NCBI GenBank assembly: GCA_037441705.1
Contig: JBBIRR010000019.1
Location: 8,144 to 72,143, forward strand
Source: Ignavibacteriales bacterium
GTDB lineage: Bacteria > Bacteroidota > Ignavibacteria > UBA10030 > UBA6906
Direction: 5' to 3'
Length of the DNA stretch: 64,000 nt
The translations under genes and the position numbers were made by a program. The notes under the pieces were generated by a model. It was not told the origin of the DNA. It was given only the letters and a program-made list of their open reading frames with translations, and did not search any database. This document shows, one piece after another, positions 30,601 to 40,415 of the stretch. Numbering within the stretch: the stretch's first letter is position 1; the number at the start of each line of letters is the position of its first letter.

Positions 30601-31693
30601 TCGGCTGTTGCGTCATACGCCTGCCGGGCGCACCGCCGAAGGTGAGCCAGTAATAGTTGACATTGCTGTAATGATGAATGTAGTGGCGCAGCGTGCGTCC
30701 TGCCGGATCATAGGCGATTCCCTGCACGCCTTTGCCGTAGAACAGGACATAGTCGCCCGCGTTGAACTGGCCGTCGCTTTCACCCTCTACATAGATGGCG
30801 TTTTCTACAAGATCACTCGGCCGCGTCGCGTTGACGGCTTCCGGCAGCTCGCGGCCATCGGCTCCGTAAATCTTGATCGTCCTCGGATCGACACCCGAGA
30901 GGTTGATACCGTTGGATGAGAAGAACTGCTGGTTCAGGATGTACATCCCCTCTTCCGCAACGGTCAGGCGATACCAGGTTCCCTGTGCAAGAACGCTGGG
31001 CACGCTCGTCGGTCGCTGCATCTGCCGCGCATCGGCAAACTTCCATGCTTTTGCAACATCATAGTTGAGCAGGAAGCCGGCGAACACCTCGTCGTCGCTA
31101 TTCTGAATGCGGGACACGGAGGAAGGGGCATAGACGACTTCAACAACAATTCTGGAGTACTTGCGCAGCGTGCGCGTTGCAGGATTGTATTGAATCGGGT
31201 ACAGACGCACGCCGCCGATAATCATGCTGCGGCTTTGATTGATCGGGGAAAGCTCGGCAACCGGCCCGGGAAGGAAGGTGTCTCGGCCGTACACGGACAG
31301 GTCAGGATCGTAACTCTTCGCATCGAGCATCTCGTCCCGCACAATTACTGTGGGAACGGGAGCCAACATGACATCGCGAATCTCTTCGTAATCGGCGGCG
31401 ACCACCTGCACGGCATTTCCTTCCAGAGCCTGGAAGGCAAGCGGCAGCAACCTGTATTTCAAATCGGGGACACCCGGCTGGCGAACGTCGGCGGCAGGCT
31501 GCGCGCCTTCGAAATCATAAATGACAAACTCTCTGTCCTTATGATACATCGGCCGCGCAATCACCGCTTGCGGCCTGTACTCCAGAACAATGGATCGCTC
31601 ATCGGAGCGAATCACCGTAACGTCGCGCTGCACGCCGGCCCATGCACTGTGCCACATCAGAACCGCCGCCAAGATTCCGAAATGCGATTTCAC
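27656..31693 (-). CDS. porU: T9SS sortase PorU (C25 peptidase)
   Basis: QIYNEFS, FTGHG and ATC (His/Cys dyad), LLGDP, VRAWDTYNN, CTD NYPNPF...WDGRD; GTG start with GGAGAGG. Confidence 0.92.
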   Translation of the reverse strand: MKSHFGILAAVLMWHSAWAGVQRDVTVIRSDERSIVLEYRPQAVIARPMYHKDREFVIYDFEGAQPAADVRQPGVPDLKYRLLPLAFQALEGNAVQVVAADYEEIRDVMLAPVPTVIVRDEMLDAKSYDPDLSVYGRDTFLPGPVAELSPINQSRSMIIGGVRLYPIQYNPATRTLRKYSRIVVEVVYAPSSVSRIQNSDDEVFAGFLLNYDVAKAWKFADARQMQRPTSVPSVLAQGTWYRLTVAEEGMYILNQQFFSSNGINLSGVDPRTIKIYGADGRELPEAVNATRPSDLVENAIYVEGESDGQFNAGDYVLFYGKGVQGIAYDPAGRTLRHYIHHYSNVNYYWLTFGGAPGRRMTQQPTPAAPATVVPTRFLDASFIEPDTINIVRSGKDWVGPQIDPNGAYVRTLSLPGVIASEPRVYRYALVSSSQASATFTVREGTATIGEHGLPPIGGWDLATRATFEVTGAYPLSGSTSQLRFEYRTTAAGASGYLDWVEILYQRSFDPVNDALRFRSPDTAAVVEYRLGAFSGAASVFNVTDPANVMRVAASGGVFKAEEIGGRVSEYFALTSSAYKQPLAAVSIANQNLHGIGEQYDFIIITSDEYRGAANRLKDFRAQQAYGGLRTLVVTVDQIYNEFSHGVPDVSAIRDFLRYAYYNWTPQSPPRFVLFLGAASYDYKGLLGTRSSFVPTWQTTDYPFNDVYSSCTDDFFTRITTSRAPFFISARLNARTVSEANLVVDKIIGYEERSARGQWRTRIVVVADDGWTPENPRGEEGSLHTAQAESLAEQFTPDIFERRKIYLEEYPAVQTSQGRRKPGAYQDIIDEINRGALIVNFTGHGNPTVWTHENVFHVNTSIPLLTNGDKLSMFFAATCNFSQYDDPKRYTGAELLINKQNGGAIGVVSASRKVFADQNYYLNRGIYANMFSLDPFGRVRVERVATAIYLFKQTNNNDNDEKYLLLGDPTMRLQYPRGFVSIDTINAQSVDSADGQPRISPIQLRSLARITVTGAVRTETNAIEPNARGQLTLIVNDATRSITIPTFYNGPFTYRAPGGLIYRGLNSVANGRFTATFIVPKDIAYADSSTRGRLVAFYTDNDNNNGVGYTNKIWVGGSDPSAPGDSVGPAIRIYLGPTYESSLSFHPGSVVNENPTLFVDLIDSSGINTSTAGIGHRIEAWINNSPESKDMTEFYTSKVDNFQAGTVTYPLRDLPPGRNTIRVRAWDTYNNANTAETYFDVRSSDQLAVVDVMNYPNPFTRSTAFTFRHNQAVPVNATVKVYTVAGRLIQTIEAFGVAESFVKIPWDGRDRDGDELANGIYLYKLIVRTVDGRFTSEVLGKLAIAR

Positions 31694-31730
31694 GACTTGC
31701 CTCTCCAGAAGATGATCATCGGGCAGAAAC

Positions 31731-31766
31731 AAAAAAACCGAACGTTACGAACATCGCAACACCCGG
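31731..31766 (-). terminator. Intrinsic terminator inside the porU 5' leader (attenuator or sRNA end)
   Basis: CCGGGUGUUGCGA-UGU-UCGUAACGUUCGG then U7. Confidence 0.6.
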
Positions 31767-31939
31767 CGGCAAAACAAAAATTGGAGCCACCGCCGTCTTC
31801 GTGTTCGCTAAAGGTCCCTTCTGTACGTCACCCACTCACGTGCAAGAGAAGAACTCGAACAAGGATTCCCTTGCAAAAACCTTTACCGAACGAACTCTAT
31901 AGGCTGTACTCCAGTCAATGTGGGGAAAAAGTCTGGAAA

Positions 31940-31968
31940 AATATAGAGAGAGCGGAAGTGAATGTCAA
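31940..31968 (-). promoter_or_regulatory. Sigma70-type promoter of porU-porV
   Basis: Minus strand TTGACA-N17-TATATT. Confidence 0.75.
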
Positions 31969-32077
31969 GAACTTTCTTGGCGTGCCAACGGTCGAACGCG
32001 TCACCGCTGCGCCTTCTGAGACGCGCGTGCCACACCGACATGTGTGTCCCGGCATCCCGCATGCGATGGAGGCTTCG

Positions 32078-32106
32078 TTGATTCTCAATTCATCTTTGGT
32101 TAACTT
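32078..32106 (+). promoter_or_regulatory. Possible sigma70-type promoter of the glgA operon
   Basis: TTGATT-N17-TAACTT. Confidence 0.5.
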
Positions 32107-32163
32107 TTATCCGGTTCTATAATTCTTGTTCCGTACTCTCGCAGTCTCACAATCCGGGCAGGC

Positions 32164-33642
32164 ATGGCCAAACCAATTCAGGTGTTGTTTGTATCCAGCG
32201 AAGTGGAGCCATTTGCCAAAACCGGAGGCCTTGCAGACGTCTCAGCAGCGTTACCGCTCACCATCTACAACCTCGGGCTGGAAGTCCGCATCATGCTTCC
32301 GCGCTACGGCTCAATCAAGCACACCCCCTCGAAGCTGCATGACATGATCCGGTTGCAGGGCATGGAAGTTCCTGTGAACGAGGCTGTGTACCGCGCCAAT
32401 GTGAAGTCTTCTTTCATGTTCGGGACGTTCACGAAAGTACAGGTCTATCTTCTGGACAATGCCGAGTTGTTCGGACGACCCGGGCTGTACATCAACCCCG
32501 ACACAAAAAAACCCTATCCCGACAACGACGTCCGCTTCATTTTCTTCTGTCGAGGTATTCTCGAAATGTTGAAAAAGATGGGATGGCAGCCGGACATCAT
32601 TCACTGCAACGATTGGCATACCGGGCTTCTGCCGGCGTATTTGAAGACTGTGTATAAGAACGACAAGTTCTACAAGAAGACGAAGTCTGTCTTTACCATC
32701 CATAATATGGCCTATCAAGGAGATTTTCCGAAGTCAACCTTCGCGAAGACTCTCCTGCCGCCCGAGGCGGAGCCGATGCTCGTGCACAATGATCGGGTGA
32801 ATTTCTTGAAGGCAGGTCTGATGTATGCCGATCTGCTCACAGCCGTCAGCGGCAAGTATGCGCAGGAGATTCAGACCACGGAGGAGTACGGATACGGCCT
32901 GCAGGAAGTGGTCGCCAAACGCAAGCGCCATCTCTATGGCATCACGAACGGCATCGACACCGAAAAATGGAACCCGGCCACCGACGAACTCATCCCGCAG
33001 AAGTACGACATCAAGTCGCTTGAAGCGAAGATCGAAAACAAGAAGGCTCTTCTTCAGAAAATGAAACTTCCCTTCAAGGAGAAGACGCCGCTCATCGGCA
33101 TTGTTTCCCGGCTGGCAGATCAGAAAGGGTTCGACCTCATCGGCGAAGCGTTAGAGAGCATGATGAAGATGGACCTGCAACTGATCGTGTTAGGGGTGGG
33201 TGAGAAAAAATATCATGACCTTCTCGAGAAGGCGGCCAAGAAGTTCCCGACGAAAATTGCGGTTGCCCTTCGCTTCGATGAGACGCTGGCACACTGGATT
33301 GAAGCAGGCAGCGACATGTTCCTGATGCCGTCGCGCTACGAGCCCTGCGGCTTGAATCAATTGTACAGCATGAAGTACGGCACGATTCCGATTGTGCGCG
33401 CAACGGGCGGGCTGGACGAGACCGTCGAGCAGGTCAACCCCGCGAAAGGAACGGGGACGGGCTTCAAGTTTACAGAGTACAGGAGTTCCGCCATGCTCGA
33501 CGCCATCCGGAGCGCCGTGAAGCTCTTTGCCGATCAGGAGACGTGGCGGAAAATTCAACGCAACGCCATGACGAAAGACTATTCCTGGGAAGCTTCGGCA
33601 AAGAAGTACATCAAGCTCTATCAGAAGCTGCTCAATGCATGA
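32164..33642 (+). CDS. glgA: Glycogen synthase
   Basis: PFAKTGGLADV, HCNDWHT, TIHNMAYQG, PSRYEPCGLNQ. Confidence 0.95.
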   Translation: MAKPIQVLFVSSEVEPFAKTGGLADVSAALPLTIYNLGLEVRIMLPRYGSIKHTPSKLHDMIRLQGMEVPVNEAVYRANVKSSFMFGTFTKVQVYLLDNAELFGRPGLYINPDTKKPYPDNDVRFIFFCRGILEMLKKMGWQPDIIHCNDWHTGLLPAYLKTVYKNDKFYKKTKSVFTIHNMAYQGDFPKSTFAKTLLPPEAEPMLVHNDRVNFLKAGLMYADLLTAVSGKYAQEIQTTEEYGYGLQEVVAKRKRHLYGITNGIDTEKWNPATDELIPQKYDIKSLEAKIENKKALLQKMKLPFKEKTPLIGIVSRLADQKGFDLIGEALESMMKMDLQLIVLGVGEKKYHDLLEKAAKKFPTKIAVALRFDETLAHWIEAGSDMFLMPSRYEPCGLNQLYSMKYGTIPIVRATGGLDETVEQVNPAKGTGTGFKFTEYRSSAMLDAIRSAVKLFADQETWRKIQRNAMTKDYSWEASAKKYIKLYQKLLNA

Positions 33643-34228
33643 CCGGGTGGGCGTGTTTCTCGATAGAGACGGGACGCTGAACGTTGAAGTGGATTTCCTC
33701 CGTTCGCCTGACGAACTTCAGGTGATCGCAGGAGCGCCGGCGGCGGTCGCCCGGCTGAACAGGCACGGCATCATCACCTGCGTCATCTCCAACCAATCGG
33801 GCGTGGCGCGAGGCTTGCTCACGGAAGACGATCTGGCTGTGATTCATGCGCGTTTAGAAGAAGAATTTCGGGCGGGCGGCGCGACGTTCGACCGCATCTT
33901 CTACTGTCCACACCATCCAACCGAAGGCATCGCGCCGTACAACGTTGATTGCGCGTGCCGCAAGCCCAAGCCCGGCATGCTGCTGCAGGGCGCGAAGGAG
34001 TTCGGACTTGATCTGAACACGTGCTTTGTCGTGGGTGATAGTGTCGTCGACATGCAAGCAGGGAACGCCGTCGGTGCAACAACGATTCTCGTCCAAACCG
34101 GCTACGGAACGAAGAGCTTGCAGACATGTACGGAACAAGGAATTCCGGTCGCGTTTGTGGCCCCCACAATTGTGGAGGCGGTAGATTTTATTCTCGACTA
34201 TGAACGAAGGAGAACGAACCAATCATGA
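33635..34228 (+). CDS. gmhB: D-glycero-D-manno-heptose 1,7-bisphosphate phosphatase (HAD IIIA)
   Basis: FLDRDGT, SNQSG, CPHHP...CACRKPKPG, VGD. Confidence 0.88.
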   Translation: MHDRVGVFLDRDGTLNVEVDFLRSPDELQVIAGAPAAVARLNRHGIITCVISNQSGVARGLLTEDDLAVIHARLEEEFRAGGATFDRIFYCPHHPTEGIAPYNVDCACRKPKPGMLLQGAKEFGLDLNTCFVVGDSVVDMQAGNAVGATTILVQTGYGTKSLQTCTEQGIPVAFVAPTIVEAVDFILDYERRRTNQS

Positions 34229-35427
34229 GGGATGAGTTTTTGTGGGTGCGAGGAATTGTGAACATGCTGCTCATTGCCGTAATGGCGATGGGCTGCAGCG
34301 AATCCATCACGAACCCGCTGACCCCCGGCTCCGGCTTGCGGCGCGATGACGTCATCATTCGCGACACAACGCTTGTCGCCGTCGCCGATTCGGTATTCTT
34401 GCTGCGCCTGGCGCCCGACAGCCTGCTGTTTGCGCCGACGCAGCGCAACCTGATCGGGAAGAATGGCAACTACACCGCGCTCGCCGCTGTGCGGTTCTAT
34501 CCCCCGGCGCGCGATACCATCAGTGTGCTTTCCGCGAAGCTTACGCTGCGGTTCATTTCGCGGCAGGGCGATCCGGCAGGATCGTTCGGGTTCACCATCC
34601 ACAAGATTCTGAGCGAATGGAACCAACGTTCTCTCACGTGGCCGAAGGCGAATGAAGCGGGATTCTATGAAGCCGGCGTCCAGCGCGGCAGTTACACGAG
34701 TACCGCCGTCACCGATACGCAACTCGTCACTCTTGATCTTGACACGACAATGGTTCGAGAATGGTTCAGGTCCGGCCAATCATCGTACGGCGTGCTCTTG
34801 GTTCCGACGCCGACCTCTACCATGATCCGAGGATTCTCGGCGTTCGACTACGATTCGTCGAAATTCTGGCCCAAGCTCGAAGTGATTGCTACGGATGCCA
34901 ACCGCACGGGACGCTTTCGCGATACAACGACCTTCCAGGACCCGCCGGGTGCGGATACGTACGTTGCCGACGTGGCTCCGTTCCCGATTGATTCCAGTCG
35001 GATCTACACCCAGGCAGGCATCGTCTATCGCAGCGTCCTGAGGTTCGATGTTTCGCATTTGCCGGCGGGCACGATCATCAACTCGGCCGAACTTCTGCTC
35101 GAGCGTGACGGCGCGCTCAGCGCCACGTTCGGCTTCTCGCCCGATCCCACGCCGGTGGTCCATGCACTCACGCGCAGCGACTCGGTCGTCTTCGAAGCGC
35201 CGTTCTCCGGGGGTGCGCTCAAGGGGAGTTCGACGACCACGTTCGCATTCGACGTGCGGCGGCAGGTACAATTGTGGGTGAACGGCGCGAATCACGGCTT
35301 GCTGCTGCGGCAAGCGCTTGCCAACGAGATCAACACGCTCGATCTGTTCGTGTTCTACGGCAGGCGCGCCGCCGATGCGGCCAAACGCCCGCGGATCGTG
35401 ATCAAGTACACACAGTTTCCGAAGTAG
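34225..35427 (+). CDS. Lipoprotein (DUF4270/DNRLRE-like, two-domain)
   Basis: Lipobox AMGC; repeated LRFD/SAxL...V.W...GLLL...P.L.I pattern. Confidence 0.6.
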   Translation: MRDEFLWVRGIVNMLLIAVMAMGCSESITNPLTPGSGLRRDDVIIRDTTLVAVADSVFLLRLAPDSLLFAPTQRNLIGKNGNYTALAAVRFYPPARDTISVLSAKLTLRFISRQGDPAGSFGFTIHKILSEWNQRSLTWPKANEAGFYEAGVQRGSYTSTAVTDTQLVTLDLDTTMVREWFRSGQSSYGVLLVPTPTSTMIRGFSAFDYDSSKFWPKLEVIATDANRTGRFRDTTTFQDPPGADTYVADVAPFPIDSSRIYTQAGIVYRSVLRFDVSHLPAGTIINSAELLLERDGALSATFGFSPDPTPVVHALTRSDSVVFEAPFSGGALKGSSTTTFAFDVRRQVQLWVNGANHGLLLRQALANEINTLDLFVFYGRRAADAAKRPRIVIKYTQFPK

Positions 35428-35436
35428 GAGGCTCTC

Positions 35437-36669
35437 GTGAAGCGCGTACTCATTGCAACATGCAGCATGCTGCTGGCCGCCGAGATGTTTGCCGGCAACG
35501 GCGGCTCGGCCTATACAATGTTTGGGATCGGGGATCTCGCATACTATCCCAGCGCACGCAGCGCAGGCATGGGATATACCGGAATCGGGTTGCCGTCGCA
35601 AGGCTACATCAACGCGCTTTCGCCGGCGGCGTGGAGCCGCGTCAACCGCGTGCGCGTGGATGCCAACGCCCTGTACGAAGGCATCAATACCTCCGATGCA
35701 ACGGCAAAACTGTATCAGGCGCGCGGGTTGTTTCAGGGTGTTCATTTCGCCATTCCCATCTCGCCCGCGAACGGCATTGTGTTCGCTGCCGGATTCTCTC
35801 CCTTCAGCCGCATTGCGTACAACATCTCGCACACGAACTCGCAGGGCGGTGTGGACTACCGGCTCAACGACATCGGCAGCGGGGGATTGACGAGAGGCCA
35901 GGTCGGACTCTCCTACGCGCCGTTCGAAGACCTTGCGCTCGGCGCGTCGGTGAATTATTTGTTTGGAAAAACCTCAACCCAACGGACCCTCATTCCTCTC
36001 AGCTCCGGCGTATCGGGGGCAACGCTGTTCGTCGAGCAGGAACACCGCGGCACCAACTTCACCTTCAGCACCATCTTCACAGGGTTAGGACGAGTCAGCG
36101 AAGCGCTGCGTCCTCTCTCGCTCGGCTTTGTCGTAACGACTCAGGCCAATCTCTCGTACGATCTGACCAATCGTCTTGAGTTTGTTGCAGAAACCGACAC
36201 AACGCAGAGTGCCGAACAAACGTTGACGATTCCGGTGGCGTTCGGCGTGGGCGCGGCGTATCAGATCTCCGACCGCTGGCTATTGGCGGCCGATTACTAC
36301 ACTCAGGCGTGGAGTAAGGCGCGCGCCAACGGGCTTCCTTTGCTGAACATCCGGAACAGCCATCGCTTCGGATTCGGGATCGAAAAACTGCCGCTCAAGG
36401 ATGCAAGCTCCTGGTGGGATAAGCTTGCGTATCGTCTCGGCCTTGTCTACGAGGCAACGTACTACCGCATCAACGGTGAGCCGATCAACCTGTGGGCGGT
36501 TACCGGCGGCGTGACGATGCCGGTGAGCGGCGAGACGCGCTTTACGCTCGGCCTTGAGTACGCACAGCGCGGACGCGAACAGACGCCTCTGGTGAAAGAC
36601 CGCATCATTCGCGTCTCGTTCGCCCTCTCGTTCGCCGAGCTGTGGTTCGTTCGCTACGAGGAGGAATAG
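35437..36669 (+). CDS. Outer-membrane beta-barrel (FadL/TodX-like)
   Basis: Signal peptide; SAYTMFGIGD...SAGMG; alternating beta strands; ELWF near C-terminus. Confidence 0.7.
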   Translation: MKRVLIATCSMLLAAEMFAGNGGSAYTMFGIGDLAYYPSARSAGMGYTGIGLPSQGYINALSPAAWSRVNRVRVDANALYEGINTSDATAKLYQARGLFQGVHFAIPISPANGIVFAAGFSPFSRIAYNISHTNSQGGVDYRLNDIGSGGLTRGQVGLSYAPFEDLALGASVNYLFGKTSTQRTLIPLSSGVSGATLFVEQEHRGTNFTFSTIFTGLGRVSEALRPLSLGFVVTTQANLSYDLTNRLEFVAETDTTQSAEQTLTIPVAFGVGAAYQISDRWLLAADYYTQAWSKARANGLPLLNIRNSHRFGFGIEKLPLKDASSWWDKLAYRLGLVYEATYYRINGEPINLWAVTGGVTMPVSGETRFTLGLEYAQRGREQTPLVKDRIIRVSFALSFAELWFVRYEEE

Positions 36670-36711
36670 TCGAGGAGTTTTCATGCACTCCACCACATTA
36701 CCGAGATACCT

Positions 36712-38010
36712 ATGAACACGCTCCGATCATCAGACCCCGAGATTTTCAACGCAATCAAGAATGAAATCCATCGTCAGAACACAAAACTCGAGTTGATTGC
36801 GTCTGAGAATTTCGTCAGCCGAGCTGTACTGGAAGCGCTCGGCACGCCCCTCACCAACAAATACGCCGAAGGCTATCCCGGCAAACGTTATTACGGCGGC
36901 TGCGAATTTGTTGACGTGGCCGAGGACCTTGCGCGCGAGCGCGTGAAGCAGCTCTTCGGCGCCGAATATGCAAACGTCCAGCCGCATTCAGGCTCGCAGG
37001 CCAACATGGCCGTCTACTTCACGTTCGTGAAGCCGGGCGACACGCTGATGGGCATGAATCTCTCGCACGGCGGGCACCTCACGCACGGCTCGCCTGTGAA
37101 TTTCTCCGGACAGTTTTACAAGTTTGTCGCCTACGGCGTCGGCAAGGAAACGGGTACGATTGACTACAACGAGGTCGAAGCCGTTGCAAAGCGCGAGAAG
37201 CCCAAGATGATTACCGTCGGCGCGAGCGCATACTCGCGCGATATCAACTTCAAAATCTTTCGCGAGATCGCCGACAAAGTCGGAGCGTTCTTGTTCGCCG
37301 ACATCGCCCATCCGGCGGGATTGATTGCTGCCGATTTGCTGAGCGATCCCCTTCCCCACTGCCACGTGGTCACCTCCACAACACACAAAACACTGCGCGG
37401 CCCACGCGGCGGCTTGATATTGATGGGGAAGGATTTCGACAATCCGTTCGGGCAGGTGGCACCGAAATCCGGGCGCGTGAAGAAGATGTCGGAACTGATC
37501 GACTCGATGGTGATTCCCGGAATTCAAGGCGGTCCGCTGATGCACGTGATTGCCGCAAAAGCCGTTGCATTCAAGGAAGCCCTGCAGCCGGACTTCAAAA
37601 CCTACGCGCAGCAGATCATCAAGAATGCCCAGGCCCTCGCCGCAAAGCTGGTGAAGCTCGGCTACCACATCATCTCCGGCGGCACGGACAATCACCTGAT
37701 GCTCGTTGACTTGCGCAGCAAAGGCCTCACCGGCAAGGATGCGCAGGAGGCACTCGATGAGGCCGGCATCACCGTGAACAAGAACGCCGTGCCTTTCGAC
37801 GACAAGAGTCCGCTCATCACCAGCGGCATTCGCATCGGGACTCCCGCACTCACCACCCGCGGCATGAAGGAAGCGGAGATGGACTACATCGGCGATCTTA
37901 TCAACGAAGTGCTGACCCATGTCGGCAATAAGGCCGTCTACCAATCCGTGGCGAGAAAAGTGGAAGAGTTGTGCACGCGGTTTCCTCTGTATCCCGAGCT
38001 GCAAAACTGA
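36712..38010 (+). CDS. glyA: Serine hydroxymethyltransferase
   Basis: [41 protein letters not shown]. Confidence 0.98.
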   Translation: MNTLRSSDPEIFNAIKNEIHRQNTKLELIASENFVSRAVLEALGTPLTNKYAEGYPGKRYYGGCEFVDVAEDLARERVKQLFGAEYANVQPHSGSQANMAVYFTFVKPGDTLMGMNLSHGGHLTHGSPVNFSGQFYKFVAYGVGKETGTIDYNEVEAVAKREKPKMITVGASAYSRDINFKIFREIADKVGAFLFADIAHPAGLIAADLLSDPLPHCHVVTSTTHKTLRGPRGGLILMGKDFDNPFGQVAPKSGRVKKMSELIDSMVIPGIQGGPLMHVIAAKAVAFKEALQPDFKTYAQQIIKNAQALAAKLVKLGYHIISGGTDNHLMLVDLRSKGLTGKDAQEALDEAGITVNKNAVPFDDKSPLITSGIRIGTPALTTRGMKEAEMDYIGDLINEVLTHVGNKAVYQSVARKVEELCTRFPLYPELQN

Positions 38011-38147
38011 GAACGAACACTTGCGAGTGTATGTGCCGGCGTGTGAAAATGTCAGAAAGCAGATCATGAGTTGGGGACTGCAAAACTCAGGCACGGTGCA
38101 TCGTGCAGCCGCTCTCCGTGGTTATCCATTCACAACCTATTCCGACC

Positions 38148-38966
38148 TTGGCCGACGCAACGATCGAAACTCCTGCTGAAGACCGTGACACAGCAGGCCC
38201 GGAAGAGAAAGAGATGACGTTCCTCGACCACCTCGAGGAACTGCGCTGGCGAATCGTGAAAGCCCTTGTCGGTGTCGTCATCGGGACAATTCTCTGCTGG
38301 GTGTTTATTGATTGGATCATGGATAGCGTACTGCTGATGCCTGTGAAGAATGTGAACGCGCTTCGAGCGCCGGGACAGCAGCCGATCAATCTCCAGAATC
38401 TAAAACCGTTCGGCCAGTTGTTTTTGTACATGCAGGTGGCGATTATTGGGGGCATCATCATCAGCATCCCGAACATTCTGTATCAACTGTGGGCGTTCAT
38501 TGCTCCGGGCTTGCTGCCGAAGGAACGCCGCTACATCAAGGCCATCGTGATCTTCTCATCGTTCTGTTTTCTTGCCGGTATCGCGTTCGCATATTTCGTA
38601 ATGCTGCCGTCGGCGCTGAGGTTCTTCGCGGGCTTCGGCTCGCCCCAGATCGCCAACAACATCGCCATCAACGAATACATGAGCTTCATCATCAGCGTGA
38701 TGTTGGCGGCAGGCGTTGTCTTCGAACTGCCGATGGTATCGTGGTTTCTCTCGCAGCTCGGCATTCTGACGCCGGCCTTCATGCGGCACTATCGCCGCCA
38801 TGCCATCGTTGCCATTTTTGTTGCTGCAGCGCTTCTCACGCCGGGCACCGACCCCGTCAGCCAGGTGCTGCTGGCAGGGCCGCTGCTGTTGCTGTATGAG
38901 CTGAGCATCGGCATCTCCGCACTTGCGTGGCGGGCAAAAGGAAAACGCGCCGCACAATCTTCATAA
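38148..38966 (+). CDS. tatC: Twin-arginine translocase TatC (start uncertain, 38103-38214)
   Basis: MTFLDHLEELRWR, WAFIAPGL, FELP, LTPGTDP, LYELSI. Confidence 0.95.
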   Translation: MADATIETPAEDRDTAGPEEKEMTFLDHLEELRWRIVKALVGVVIGTILCWVFIDWIMDSVLLMPVKNVNALRAPGQQPINLQNLKPFGQLFLYMQVAIIGGIIISIPNILYQLWAFIAPGLLPKERRYIKAIVIFSSFCFLAGIAFAYFVMLPSALRFFAGFGSPQIANNIAINEYMSFIISVMLAAGVVFELPMVSWFLSQLGILTPAFMRHYRRHAIVAIFVAAALLTPGTDPVSQVLLAGPLLLLYELSIGISALAWRAKGKRAAQSS

Positions 38967-38986
38967 TCTCTGGATCGAGAAACCCC

Positions 38987-39958
38987 TTGACACTCAACGA
39001 AATTGCACGTCCTATCCAACGCCACCTCGACCACTTCGACGGCCTGTTCGCCCAGGCCATCCGTTCGAACGTCGGCCTGGTGGACCTTGTCACGAAGTAC
39101 ATTATCCGGCGCAAGGGGAAGCGCGTCCGACCCATCCTGGTGCTCCTGAGCGCCGAGCTGTGCGGCGGCGTGAACGAGAAAACCTATCGCGGCGCAACGC
39201 TGGTCGAAATCCTCCACACCGCCACGCTCATTCACGACGATGTCGTTGACGACGCTGATACGCGGCGCGGCTTCGCGTCCATCAATGCCGTCTGGAAAAA
39301 CAAAATTGCCGTCCTGATGGGCGACTACCTCCTCTCGAAAGGCTTACTCCTGTCGCTGGAGCATGACGATTTTGTTTTCCTCAAGATCACCTCCACGGCT
39401 GTCCGGCGCATGAGTGAAGGAGAAATCCATCAGATTCAGAAAAGCAGGCAGCTGGATATGGATGAACGAACGTATCTACAAATTATCGGCGACAAGACAG
39501 CGTCGTTGTTAGCCACCTGCACCGAGATCGGCGCGGCAAGCGCAACCCGCGATGCGGAACAACGGCGGTTGCTGCGAGAGTACGGCGAGAGGGTGGGATT
39601 GGCATTTCAAATCCGCGACGACTTGCTCGATTACATCGGACGCAAGAGCATCACCGGGAAGCCGACGGGACTTGATCTGAGTGAAAAGAAACTCACGTTG
39701 CCGCTCATTCATGCCTTCACACGAGCGCCGAAGAAAAACACCAGGGAAATCTTGAGCATGATCAAGAACGGCAAGAAAAGAGGAAGCGTCAGGCGTGTTC
39801 TTGAGTTTGTCGAGGAATATGGAGGGATCGAGTACGCAGCGAAGCGCGCGCGGGAGTTCTCCGCTCAGGCCAAGGCAACTCTCGCGCCGTTTCCCGATTC
39901 ACCAAGCAAACAGGCGCTTCTCAGCTTCGCCGATTTTGTCGTAGAACGGGATAAGTGA
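38987..39958 (+). CDS. Polyprenyl diphosphate synthase (IspB-like)
   Basis: GKRVRP, IHDDVVD..RRG, KTA, FQIRDD, LTLP. Confidence 0.92.
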   Translation: MTLNEIARPIQRHLDHFDGLFAQAIRSNVGLVDLVTKYIIRRKGKRVRPILVLLSAELCGGVNEKTYRGATLVEILHTATLIHDDVVDDADTRRGFASINAVWKNKIAVLMGDYLLSKGLLLSLEHDDFVFLKITSTAVRRMSEGEIHQIQKSRQLDMDERTYLQIIGDKTASLLATCTEIGAASATRDAEQRRLLREYGERVGLAFQIRDDLLDYIGRKSITGKPTGLDLSEKKLTLPLIHAFTRAPKKNTREILSMIKNGKKRGSVRRVLEFVEEYGGIEYAAKRAREFSAQAKATLAPFPDSPSKQALLSFADFVVERDK

Positions 39959-39984
39959 TCATGACGGGGTGAGACACACGTTGG

Positions 39985-40305
39985 CTACGCCACCCCTAAT
40001 TTCTTCTTCGCCTCTTCAGACATCATGGCGGGCGACCAGGCCGGCTGCCACACGATGCGCACATCAGCTTCTTTGACACCGGGGACTTTGAGCACGCGGT
40101 TGCGGACATTCTGGGAAATCATGCCGCTCATACCGCAGCCCGGCGATGTGAGCGTCATCTTCACTCCCACCCAATCATCAATAATCTTTACGTCGTAGAT
40201 CAATCCCAGATCAACAAGGTTGACCGGAATCTCGGGATCGTAACACTCGCGCAGCGCATCGTACACCGCCGCTTCGGAAACCGTTGTCGTTGTTTGATCT
40301 GCCAT
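39985..40305 (-). CDS. Fe-S cluster assembly protein (SufT/DUF59)
   Basis: DPEIPVNLVDLGLIY, MTLTSPGC, W.P.W...MMS. Confidence 0.9.
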   Translation of the reverse strand: MADQTTTTVSEAAVYDALRECYDPEIPVNLVDLGLIYDVKIIDDWVGVKMTLTSPGCGMSGMISQNVRNRVLKVPGVKEADVRIVWQPAWSPAMMSEEAKKKLGVA

Positions 40306-40415
40306 GGATTGTCGTCCTCTCCTCCGATACGTTTATGTTTTCGCCGTATCAAGGTACAAATTCGGAGAAGAAAGTTCAAACTTGACAATCTCACGCACGA
40401 TCGTGTAATTAGACC

